This document shows, piece by piece, positions 40,106 through 51,685 of a stretch of 64,000 nt of DNA. A program made the translations under genes and the position numbers. The stretch comes from Raillietiella orientalis (Eukaryota). The DNA lies in NCBI GenBank assembly GCA_036172245.1, contig JAYWIR010000005.1, forward strand, positions 186,001-250,000. The letters are read 5' to 3'. The number at the start of each line of letters is the position of its first letter. Within the stretch, counting starts at the first letter, position 1. A model generated the notes under the pieces. It did no database searches and was not told the DNA's origin. It worked only from the letters and a program-made list of their open reading frames with translations.

Positions 40106-42662
40106 GGCGAAGAGCCAGCCGGGTTCCTCATCAGCTGGGAAACATCTCCTTCGGAGGTTCGTTTCGCGGTCTCCACGAGTTCGCTGCGTCACCGTCACCG
40201 GCATTGCCGGCTTCCCATTTCCAGCAGCGAAAAGTTTGCAAGGGATTCCGTGGATGCGATCTCTCTCCATGGGAACGAATGTGGAGGTGAGGAAAGATGA
40301 TAGCCTAAGAAGCAGATGGGCAGCGCGAGACCCTCCCGATGAGGAAAGCTCAAAGTGTGGACGCTCGACGCTATGACCTTGGCCTTCGATGTGCTGGAGC
40401 AGTTCAGTGCCATTCCCAAGCTTCTTGAACGGCTTGCAGCCCCCTCAGAGGTCATCAAAGTTGGCAGCGTTCGGGCCAACCGAGTTGCAGACCCAACTAC
40501 TGCCCGAGCTTTTCAGATGTAGCGCCCATCACGTCACAAGTGACCACGGGACAGCGAAAAACCGATGGCTTAGCTCTTGCAATGGTCTCGGGTAGATTCA
40601 AAAAGAATCAGGCCAGGATTCGACCACCCTGTGCCTCTTGACACTGGAAGAATGTCGGTCTCGGAGGCCCCGACGCACTCCTCCTGGTGAGCAGAAAAGC
40701 GAGGCACCTAAGCGGAGGTCAGAGGTGAGGCCTGGAGATCCATACAAGCAGATGGCGCGCCCGGCCTCAACTTGCGAAGATGCAGCCAGCTGATGGGACG
40801 GCTAGATCGTCCGTACCAACTTGTGGTTCAACTTCCGCCTTCCGAAGGGTCGGCTGGCAAGTCGAGGCCTCCAAAGGGGTAAAAAAAAAAAAAAAAAAAA
40901 GTGGAAAAAAAAAGGAAAAAGGTCGAAGGGTTTCCTTTTTTCGACAGCTTCCAGGAGCTTTCAATTCCGCTCGCCCGTGGTTAAAAATACGTCGCGCTTT
41001 CCAGCTGGGGAAAAGTATGTGACCTGAATGCGGGAATGCGGCTGACACGGAGGCAGGAGGGAATAAATTGACGGGTGTAATCGCATTCTACGAGAACCCC
41101 GGCTTTTCCGAGTGCTCCGGGAAGACTCCGCGTCAGCTCTGCATGGAAGGCGCTCCCCGCACGCGATGAACTCCTGGTAGGGGGCGCCCTATGCGCCTCA
41201 TGCGGATGGCCGGGGTCGAAGCTTTCTTCGGCCCAGCGCTGCCATCTATGAAAGGGAGGCGGCCTTTCTCCGGGGCTGTCCATGGGCGGGTAGGGAGGCT
41301 GTCCGTGCGCGCGCGCGTTCTCCGGCCGCCCGAGGTCGCGGGCTGCGCCGCCTGCTCGCGACGGCGCTGTGATCTCGGGAGGCGGCACCGCCCAAGTCTT
41401 CCCCGGGGAGGCCGGCACGGCTTCCTCGCGGTTTCGTCCAGGAGTTCTTCCCTACCCCTCCTCCTCCTCCTCTCCTCTCCGCGCCGTTCTTCCCCTCCCC
41501 CCTCCGGGATGCCACACGGAAACACGCGATCCTCTGCTCCCGCAGATGCGTCTGCTGCTGCTCCGAGCAGTTGATCTTTTCCCGACAATCCTCCTGTCCT
41601 ATCTTTAGCTTTGATGATGAATATATGGCGTGGGATATTTTGAGAAGCTGGCATTTCATGTTCAGGTTCTCTGGAGCCCGACTAAATCGAGAACCAACAG
41701 GCGGCGCTCCTCGGCGGGCCGTGCAAGAAGGGAGCAGACCTTTCCCTCGCCGATAAGGCACGGCAATGGTGGCGGCGGCTGCGGGGCGTGGGGAGTTTCG
41801 CCGACGTGGGCCGAACAGTGCCATTCGCGCTCTCAAGGGGAGGAGGGCGCCGTCCCCACCCCAAAGCGCCCGATCTGCGCACGTTCTTGAGTTCTTGCGC
41901 TGATCCTGGGACCGTGGGCCCTTGCATTCAGCCCCCAGGCAGTCATTTCGGAGTTCTGCCCCGAAAAGGCCCATCTTCCGCGCCGCGTCCGTCCCCGCGC
42001 GTGATCCGAGGACGAGGACGCAAAGGGTGTTTCTCGGGATACGCGCGCGCGCACGCGGGTTCTTCGTGAGAATGGCGCAACTTGCGGAAGTGATGCAGTG
42101 AGTCCAGGGCTTTGGAGACAAGGGAGGAGAAGGCACCACGTTCTTTGCGAGCGCCATCCGCGGGGGAAAATCCACCGGTTCCTGCGGCGGCGTGCGGTGG
42201 AGGGAACCCTCCCCTGGCTGCTGCTCTTTGCGCCAGAGGAGCGGCGACAGCCAAAGCGGTACCGAGGCGGCGATGCCGCGACACCCGCTCCGACGTCACC
42301 GTCGGCAAACCTTCGCTAACTCGACGCTGCGGCGATGCTGGGAGAGGAGGGGAAAGCCAGCGCTCGCTCCTTGCAGGGGCAGCCGCCTCGACTGCCGCTC
42401 GTCCAGATCTTCCGGGGCAAACGACGACGACGGTCGCCAGCCGGAGCCGTCGGGAGAGCGAAGGGCGTGCTCAGCAATGCGCTGGACGCGGAACCCTGCA
42501 AGAACCAGAGCGGCTGGCGTGCGAAGTGGTCACCGGGAGCCGATGGGTCTTCCCTCGCGGATAGCGCTTACAAAGAACGTGACGCCTCCTCTGCGGCGAC
42601 CGCACGGCCTCCTGTGCCTACGCCTGCGGTCCCTCGCTCATCGCCTGGGAGGCAAGACTTAC

Positions 42663-42728
42663 CCCTCTCTGGAACTTCTGGCTGCAGTCGGAGAAGAACT
42701 CCAGCAGCTCCCGGTACACATCTTCCAT
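42663..42728 (-). CDS. Isolated candidate exon (MEDVYRELLEFFSDCSQKFQRG)
   Basis: ttccag|...|gtaagt boundaries, 66 nt, phase 0/0, coding-like codon usage. Parent gene unresolved. Confidence 0.35.
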
Positions 42729-44529
42729 CTGGAATGATGAGATTTCGATCGGGAATATGAACCGGAGGTTCTTCTGGTGCAAGCAGCTCAGTGTGGGGAC
42801 TAGGATGGTCAGCAGAAGGGGAGTGGGAGGTGCGCAAGAGTTTTCCTGCTGCACAAGAAGGCAAAGGGCAGAGTCTTCCGGCAGCCCAAAGCGCCCAGAA
42901 CGCTTGCGGATGCGCCTGCAGCGCAACGGTGGCGGAGAGCCCGCAACGACCCTTCTCCTCCTCTCTTCCCCAGATGCCAGCACCTGCAGGCAGCGTGGAC
43001 CGCATCGCAGACACGCCGGTCGGAAGACGCGCGCTCTCGTCCGAACGACACTCTTGCTGGCTCTCCGGAGCGCCGCTCCAGCGTCGAGCAGACAGTCTCG
43101 GGAAGGGGGGCGCAAGGTGGACTTAGGCGCGGTCGCCCACGTCCGAGAGGTCCCGTCCGCGGACCGAGGCGGTTTCCCTTCCGCGGAGTTCAGCGGAATT
43201 GGGGTGAAAGTGCGTGGTCATCGTCACAGGAGGGAGGGAGGGAGGGGAGGAGGGGAAAGGGAGTTACACGCGCCCCGCCCATCGCACAGAGCACACAGCG
43301 CAGGCCGGAGTGAATTATTGAGTCTAATTATGAGTTCTGAGCCTCTCAAAACGACCGGAGGACGGGGAACGCCCCTGTCCGAGAAGCACTGCATCTCCGG
43401 CAGATGCCCCTCTCTGATTTATGGACGCGCGAAAAGTCAGATCGCACGTGGGCAGCAGCAGTCGACGCGTCGGAGGAGACGAGCGAAATCTGCCGGGAGC
43501 TTTCGGCACTTTTCCCAGGTACGGGGAGGGCGGCGGCAGGCGGTCACCTCAGGAATCAGGCAGGTCGGTAGCAGCGGTTTCGGTGGCAGCGCTGAGGGCA
43601 AGCGGCGGGTGTTGTGCGCGCTCAGGGAGGCGCCATTTGGAGCCAGGACTCGACAGCTGCTGGGCCCACTTGTCGCGTGCAGCCCCCACGAGCATGCGGG
43701 AACACGACGCGCACCCCCTTGGGCACGCGAGTCACTCCCGATGGAGCCGCGGCAGCCTCGGTCTGATTCTCCGGAAGGAGCCAGCGTACCCGGCTCCGGA
43801 CGCTTTCTGGAAGTGCTCTCGGGATGACGAGGGTGCGAGTTCTGGAAGGCTGAGGAACGGCGAGATGGAGGAAACTGGTCACGAAGTAGGGGGAGGGGGA
43901 GGGGACTGGATCCTGCAGCACGCCCCAGAACCGCCTCCGCTCATCCCTCCGCAGGTGTCGCCACGGTCGAGTTGAGGGATCGCATGGAAACTGGGGGAAG
44001 TCCGTTGCTCGGGGAAACCCGTGATCATCACCTATCTGCTGCGCGCGCTTTTTCATTGAATTCCAGGAGTCACGGCGTGAGTTTCCTTCACGGGAGACCC
44101 GTGCATTCTACGCGCAGAAGTTTCCCAACATTTCGAAGAAAAAAAATCCCCCCTACAGGGACGCAGGTCGTCTGATGCTCTGACCGTTTTTTCTCGATCA
44201 TCGCATTGCAAAGGTCCCCCAACTTGCAGAACACTCTCTTCCTGCTCCAGGTTGGCCGGATGGGTCGGCTCGGGACGTCGAGTTTTGGTGAGAGAAATCT
44301 CGCCTTGACCACAGGGATCTCTGCATCCCGATTTCGTGCTATGTACGAATAACGCGAGCACAAGCGGTGTGTAAGCGGCACACGGTCTTGGGGGAGTAAG
44401 AGCACACATCCTCTCCCCCCTCGACTCCATGCCAGCCCGAAGAGGGACACTGCCACGGAAGCGTCGTACACGCACCGCTCCCTAGCTCGCGCGCTGAGAA
44501 ATCCGTTCAGGTACAACTGGACAGTCTAG

Positions 44530-44690
44530 GAATAAGTAGGGACCTTCAAAGGTTCATGTGCCACAGAAACGTCCAGTGGTAAGTGGGATCTTCAGGAGCT
44601 CTTGCCCAACCGAAATGCCCAATAGTAAGTGGAACTCTGAGGAGCTTTTGTCCCACAGAAATGCCAAGTGGCGAGTGGGATCCTGAGGAG
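44530..44690. repeat. Degenerate minisatellite, 46-bp unit, ~3.5 copies
   Basis: Units end in ...AGTGG(G/A)A....GGAG at 44598, 44644 and 44690, a period of 46. Confidence 0.75.
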
Positions 44691-45269
44691 AAGTTGTGCT
44701 TCCCAATTGACTACTTCGTTCAGTAGGGCCTTTTCCCCTTTCCAGATGCCGATTCTCTCCCGCACGGTCCACTGTTTCATGAAGACCACATGGTCCATGA
44801 ACATCTGTGCCCCTGCAGGGCGAATCTAGGAAATTGTCAAACAGAGGAATCTGTGTGAGATGAGCTCCAGGAGTTTCCGGTGAATTAAATGTAGGATGCA
44901 GCTTTCTGGCTTGGCATCCTCGACACAGTACTGCAGGATGACCTGCTCAGGGAAGTCATCCCAAACCTTTGGCTACCTCTCAATAGGGAGACAAGATAGA
45001 AAGCAGAGTTGAGGCCTTCGATATCATCTCAGATGCGTGCGGATGCTGCAACCATAAACAGGAAACAACACATGCGAAAGTCAGGGCGAGAGGAAAATGG
45101 AAAACAAGAAAATCAGAAACAGGGAGACGGGTTCGGCATTTTCTGCATACACGAAAAAAAGTATCCTCCGTAACCTTGGAGATAGCAGGTGTTCCACTCC
45201 ACTTGGAGCTTTCCTCACGACATGGAATGTTCGCTGCTCCTCTCCTTACTCCAGCCAGGTCACTTCTGC

Positions 45270-48200
45270 TTAGCCGCTCCTCACTAACTGGGGGGGAGAC
45301 TGCGCCTTCCCTCCAGGCAATTGGTGTCCCTTGAAGCACTCATTCTTCCTTCCATCGTCCACTTTCTTTCGTTGTCCCTGTTGCTCATGGCAACAGGATG
45401 CACTGGCCTCTTCATACGGATCCACTCGTTGGCATCCCCCTGCTGGTGGATTCCCGGTTGCATGGCAGCCGTCAACCCTTTCCTCCCTCCTTTCTGCGAC
45501 GCCGGATGGACGTTCAAGAGCGAGTGGTTCCATCCCTGCTCGCCGTGGCTCCACGGCGAGCAAGGCTGCTCCGAAGAACGACCCAAAACTGCCTCCGAAG
45601 AGCTGCTGGACCACGTCGAGACTCCCCCTTGAACCCGCTGGGACTGCCTCCCTCTTAGATTCTCCTCCGGAGTCTTCTTCCATCCCACATATCCGTAAAT
45701 CGCAGTGTCCAAGGAGACCAGAACGCTCCCGCTGCTCTTCGTGACAAGTGTCGCCGCACAGAGCCAGAGCTTCCTTCAAGAGCTCGGTCTCGCGTCGCGA
45801 AGGAGTGGCAGCAGCCAGGGATCGCGAATTGGAGGTCCTGGTCTGGTTCGATAGTAGGAGAGCAGGTGCCCCCCGGCGAATTCCCTGTGGGCAAAGCCCG
45901 GGGAATGAGGAACAGCTGGTGCTCCGCGGACACTCCCCGGGGAGAAAAACCATAAGTAGTCTCCTTCCCTGGGGTTTCCCTATCGACCCCCAGCTTCGGC
46001 GGAGTCGGAAAGACAGGGTGCGTTTTCCTCCCGCTCCAGGAGCGCCGGAGCCATCGTCGCACGTTCCTCGACGCTGAGACGGGATGACCGGGACCCGTCC
46101 AGAGGAAAGGCAAGCCCGGGAGCAGAGGCAGCCGGAAGGTGCCCCCTCGCGGGTGCCACGCGCTCCAGAAGAGGGCCACGGCAGCGGTCGGATAACCGCG
46201 AGGAAGATGCGTCCGCGCTGCGCCTCTGACCCCCGCCCCCACTCACCGCTGCCTTCCACTGAGCCATCGAGATGCTAATCTGCCGGAGACTCCCGCTCGT
46301 CCTCTCCTTGCAAGCTTTCAGCGCTTCCTTCATCTCCGTGATCTCATGGGTCATCTCGTTTGCTCTTCTTCTCGAGCGCCGCGCTTCCTCTCCCATGAGA
46401 CGGTGGCCGAACAGGAGCACTCTCAGGGAGTTGTTCAGGCTGGTCGCCACCACCTCGTTGTACCGCAGCACCCTCAGGACGCACAGTCTCCCCTTCCTCA
46501 GACTGGCCAGGTGCTCCCTGGACCGCAAGGCGTCGCGCTCTGCCTTGCGGAGCTCGGCAGCGCACCTCTCCTGCGAGGAAACTCTCTCCAGCAGCTCTGC
46601 CTGCATCTTCGAGGCCACCAGGTCCATGCGGAATATCTGGGAGGCAGAATGAGGCTCGGTGGGGAGCGGGCGGTCGAAGTGGGGAGGGTGGAAGAGCATC
46701 TGCGCGTGCGCTCCGCGGTCAGGAGAATCGGTCGGGAGACTTCCTCCCTTCCTGTGCCGCCCTGCCCCGAGACGTGCCCGCAGAGGGCGCAGCGCCTTGC
46801 CTTCCTCTCCAGGCGCGAGGTGCTGCCGGCGACTTCATGCCCCCGCCTGGAGCTTTCGTCGACGAGCCGCAGCATCTGGACCATCTCCAGACTCCTCGCC
46901 GCGGTGTGAGTCCGGGACAGCCTCAGGAGCGTCGAGCTCTTCTGCCTTCTTCGGCGAGACCTCAGCTGACCGCACAACAACTCGAGGAGGCTGATGCCCC
47001 GCCTGACCCTCTGCACCTCCTCCCTGGAGGCGCTTGCGGACAGGCTGGCGCAGGCGACGTCCCTTCCCAGGCGGAAGAGGCACTCCTTGCGCTGGAGCAG
47101 CGCGTCCTTCGACAGGCACAGCTCCCGCTCCGTCTCCTCGATCTGCCCGCGCAGCTCCGTCTCCCGGCGCAGCTCGACCTGCAGCTGGAAAGGAAACTCC
47201 AGGATGCCCGGAGGGCGTTATCTCTTCCGGCGGCGGTGGTGGGGAAAGGAGCAGCCCGGGAAACGCGATAGGGGGGGAGACGTGACGACGAGGAGGTCAA
47301 GGGGGAATGGAACGGGGATTCTCCTGCGTTCCCCCTCCCTTCCTTCCCGGAGGGCTGGGCTGCCGGAATGCGATAGCGTCGCCTCCGAGGAGGTTGCCCG
47401 GAAAACCCGTGAGTCCTTCCCAGAGGGGGTCGTCCGTCCACCGGTTCGGGAGGATGCGGGCAGGCGTGCCTGCTCCTCTGCTCCCTCGTCGTCGTGACCG
47501 CAGCCGGCAGGGGGGCGTCCCGAGGAAAGCGACGCTAGCTGGACTTGGAAGCTCAGCGAGAGGCCACCTGCGCGTTGCCCTAAAACTTCGTCGGATCCCG
47601 CAGCGCCGGGATGAGTCGTCTCCAGGAACGGAGGACTGTGGCTGCCTTTCGGCAGCGCGCTCCCACCAGCACCTCCAGAGATCTCGTTGGAGCCGCCTCA
47701 GTGGAGGAGGAAGCGTCCGCGCGCTGCTGCGAGGCGGAACGCGACTGGCGGAGGGGAGGGAAGAAACGCTGACTCCGTGGCGGCGACGGGTGAGGTGGCG
47801 CGCGCGCGCTCCCTCAGTTCCCGGAGCGGGGTGATCCTCTCGTTGGCTCGCAGCAGTCTCGCAGGGAGCAAACGACTCCAGGCCGCTCCGGGAAGGCGCA
47901 CGTCTGGCGGTCAATTAGGAGGTCTTTGAGGGCAAAGCGACCGGGTGCTGGGTCGGCCGCCGCCGCCGGAGGAGCGGCTCGTGCGCAGTAGCGGCAGGTG
48001 GATACTTTCTTCCTTGGCTCCGCCCGACCCCGCAGATCAGCTCCTCCTCCTCATAACGCGTCCACTCGCGCCTCGGTTCCTTCCCCCCCCCCTCTCTCCC
48101 TTTGCTCCGGGAGACTGGCGCGCGCCCTGAGGGCGCGAGACCGACCCGGGCTGCGCGCCATTGCCTCCTCCTCACCATGCTGGCCAGGAAGGCCGCCCTC

Positions 48201-51200
48201 CGGTTCTGCTCGCTGGCGCACTCCTTGGTAAACCGGAACTCGTCCAGCAGCTTCCGGATCCTCCTCTCCCTCTCTTCCCTCTCCGAGAGCACCAGACGCC
48301 TCGTGGACACCACCCTCTCCTTGGCGTCCTCGTGCTGCTTTCGCAAGCTCCGCACCTCCTCCTCACGGCGCGAGACCACCGGCAGGAGCACCGCAACCTC
48401 CAGAGACGTCCTCAGGGACTGCTTCTTCCCGGGTCCGACCGCATCGCGGAGGCGGTCATGGCGCTTGCGCCCCAGGTGCTCCCTGGATGCCGTGACCTCC
48501 GCCTCGGCGCGGACTTTGTCCACTTCTGCGTCCAGCTGCAGCAGCTGCCGCCACGAGGCGGACGGGGAAGCTCGTCAGCCGTCCTTGGCAACCCCCATAT
48601 GGAGGACTCACCACCCGGCCGCTCTTCTGCGCCTCGAAGCGGTTCGCCGCAATGTGGCTGCTGAGGTTCCTTGCCGAGGTCCGCAGCTCCAGCTGGGCTA
48701 CCCCGTAAAAGCTCAGGGCGTCTTCCAGCTCGCGCTCGGCGGTGCGGCTCCTGCCGGCGGCTTTCTCCAGGGAGGCTTCCAGCTCCGCCCCCTTCCTCAG
48801 CAACTCGTCGTGCAGACGCTTCAATTCTTGCTCCTTCCGGTTCGCAGCTTCCAACTTCTGCCTCAGCTTCTTCGTCTTCTGCTCTCCTTCCAGATTCCCG
48901 GCCGCCTGGCGCAGCCCCCTGTCTTCCTCCTGAGTGATCCCATCCTTCATCTCCTGGAGGCGTCTCTGGCTGGTCCTCACCTGGAAGGGGAACGCGAGTC
49001 CAGGAAACGCGTCGGGGCGAACGCGGATCGACCTCTGAATGCTACTCGAGGGTGATGGAGGCGGAGAGGGGAAGAGGGGGGAGGGAGAAGGAGAAGTGGA
49101 GTCGTTCTACAGAGAGAAGAGTACTAGAGGGGAACCGCCGGAAAGGTCAGGATGGACCCCGACCCGCGTCCGCGCTAGGGCGGTAGCGCCCCTTCCACCT
49201 CCAAACGGAGGATCCCGGTAATCGCAAAACGCCGGCGCGCCTCTCGGAACCCTCTGCAGCCTCAGCGGGAACGGCATCATTTCGCAGCAAGCCCGTGCTG
49301 CCGAGAGGATTCGTCTGGGTTCCTCAGCAGGACCGACGTGCCCTGAGGGCATGAGGTCGGCCGGGGAGGATCGCTCCGTTCGAGACTCCTCCTCCTCCTC
49401 CTCTTCGCCAGCGTGAGGTGCCCGGTAGGAGGAGCGCCCGACCTCGGTCCCGGAGGGATGGGCGGCTCGCGCCTCGGGTGCTTCCGGGACGCCGTGGATT
49501 TCCGCCTCCTCCTCCTCCTTGGAGGAACCCCCGGCCAACCCAAAACCCTTCCTCTCCCATCCGTTCGTGTCCAGCGCCGTGTCCATGCCCCAGGGGCGTC
49601 TCCGTCCCCAAGCAGCGCAGCTCAGAGGCTCCCCGTCCCCGAAAACCTTCCTCCCGCGTCGCTCCGGGGGACAACTTGACCCGGGGGCACGGCTGAAACT
49701 GGTATGCATTGACATGACCGCGCAAATGGATCCAGTTGCCGTAGAGACGTTGCTCATCCGTGCGTGGGGAGGAGGGCGCGCTCTTTAAAGGTTACCACAG
49801 ACACCGTCTGCCGCTTCCGTCTCCCTCAGCGGTGACTTCCTATCGGCCTGCAGAGCCGCGAGCACCTCCGGGCGGCAAGGCCAGAGGGGACGAAGGCTCG
49901 CCGAAGCCGCGGTGCTCCGGTAGGCCGGAGGGTTCCCGAGCGACGTCCCAGGGGGTTCCCATCGTCGGCGTGACGCCCTGCATCGCGTTCCAAGGACGGA
50001 GGCGAGGCGTCATCTCCCGACATCTCTGCAGGAGAAGGCAGCCACAGGGCCGCTGAACCGAAGGAGAGCGCGCCAATAGCGAGCTCATGTGGACCTGCAG
50101 CCAGGGGGGACGGAAAATCCCTTCCGCCTAGCAGAGGGCGCTGCGACAGCGAGACGGCGCTCGTCCCTGGTGTCCAGGTGTGCGACCAGAAGCGATGTGC
50201 GCGACCTTGAAACAGCCTTGAAGCGTCGAGAGCCCTCGGAGGGTGCCGAAGTGAAGGAGGGTAACCGGCGGTGCGTTGCCGAGGAGGGGTCCGGTGCCCA
50301 CTGGCGAGAGTTCAGCTTCTCACGTGAAGCGGGAAACCGCCGTCTTTGGTCGACTCGCGATCGATCCGATCCCGAAGAGTGCGAAAGCTAATCAACAGAC
50401 GCGACGTCACCTTCTCCAGGAGCTTCTTCTTGCACTCCTCCGACGTCGCCTTCCGCTGCCGCTCCTGAACGAGCTCTTCCCTCAGGCCCTTCAGGGAATT
50501 CAAGGAGTAGGTGGCGTCCACGGACGCATGGAGGCTTTCCTGGGTCAGCCGGCAGACTTCGGTGGAGCACCTCTCGCAGGCATCCCGGAGCCGCCAGAGC
50601 TCAAGTCTCTCCCCCTCGGAGGAGGAATCCGCTAGGTGCTTGGAAACCATGCTGATCTTCTCCGAGTACTGATCTTTTTCCCTCTCCATGAACTGCAGCT
50701 CCAGCCTCGCCGAGTGCAGCTCCTTGCAGACGTTCGCAAACTTCTGGCGAAGAGTGCAGGTTTCCTCGATGTACTGAAAATAGGGGGAGGATACTGTCGT
50801 GGGCAATCCGTCCCCGTCGCTCCCTACGCGCCCCTGATCGCTTCCCAAGGAGCGAACGGAGTCGTGGCGGCTGTGGGGCCTGGGAAGGAGGGAAGTCGAG
50901 CGCGCGGCGTTCCTCTCGCCTCGTTTGCCGCCCGCGGGCGTCCTTCTTTCGCTGCGCTGGCAAGCGCGGAGTTGACCAGAGCGGTGTACCTCCAGGACCG
51001 AGTGCCAGCCGGACGCGCGCGCCGTGGCGCGTGCAACCTCCCTCCCCCGAGGGGCAAGCGGACTCCAGGAAGAAGGAATCGAAACTCCTTTTCGTCCCTC
51101 CCGGAAAGTGACCGTTGCGCGACGGGCACACGAGTGGATGGCAAACGGGACGTCGCGGAAGAGACCTGCGCGTGCTGCTGCGACTGTTCCGTCGCCCGTG

Positions 51201-51283
51201 TGTGTCCTCCGATGGTGGCAGGCTGCTGCAGGCAACCGGACGAGTCTCACGGTGTCCACAAACTGCTCGACAGACCACTCCAT
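45270..51283 (-). CDS. Large coiled-coil protein, divergent CCDC39-like (axonemal ruler); exons 51283-51251, 50773-50411, 48980-48612, 48544-48176, 47184-46801, 46636-46247, 45842-45270
   Basis: Five internal exons read as heptad-rich helix, and all have phase-0 splice sites that join in frame, one through a GC donor (AAG|gcaagg). MEREKDQYSEKISMVSKHL, GVAQLELRTSARNL and SLNNSLRVL resemble remembered CCDC39 segments in the same order. The first and last exons and the family assignment are less certain than the gene itself. Confidence 0.6.
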
Positions 51284-51509
51284 CAGCAGCCCCGCCTCAC
51301 GTCGAGACGCCAACTTTTGCCATGCAACCCTTTGAGCCGCCGAACGTGAGTCGCCACAGATCATCCATGTCCGCTGAGGACGACACGAAGTGCCTATTTA
51401 TCAGGACAGTCCATCTTCTTCGCCATTTAACTGCCAGGGTTCTGGAAACTGGAAACAGCAAGGGATCGAACTTTCGCAACCGAAATTGCAAAATAGGGAA
51501 TTTGTTGGT

Positions 51510-51685
51510 TCCATCTTTTTCCTTCTCCTCTTCTCTTTCCACTTTCTCCTGCCTCCCTCATCCTTCTTTTTCTCTTCCTCTCCTGCCTTTCTTCTCCTCT
51601 TCCTCCCTTCCCATTCCTCCTCATCCTGTTGATAACCGTCTCTCCTTTTTCTTCTTCTTCTTGTTCTTTCCCTCCCTCTTTCCTG
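51510..51685 (+). repeat. Polypyrimidine low-complexity tract
   Basis: C/T-rich tract directly visible. Confidence 0.85.

Noticed and set aside
44530..44690. Regularly spaced repeats as a possible CRISPR array
   Set aside because: The units are degenerate along their whole length with no unique spacers, the context is eukaryotic, and there are no cas genes.
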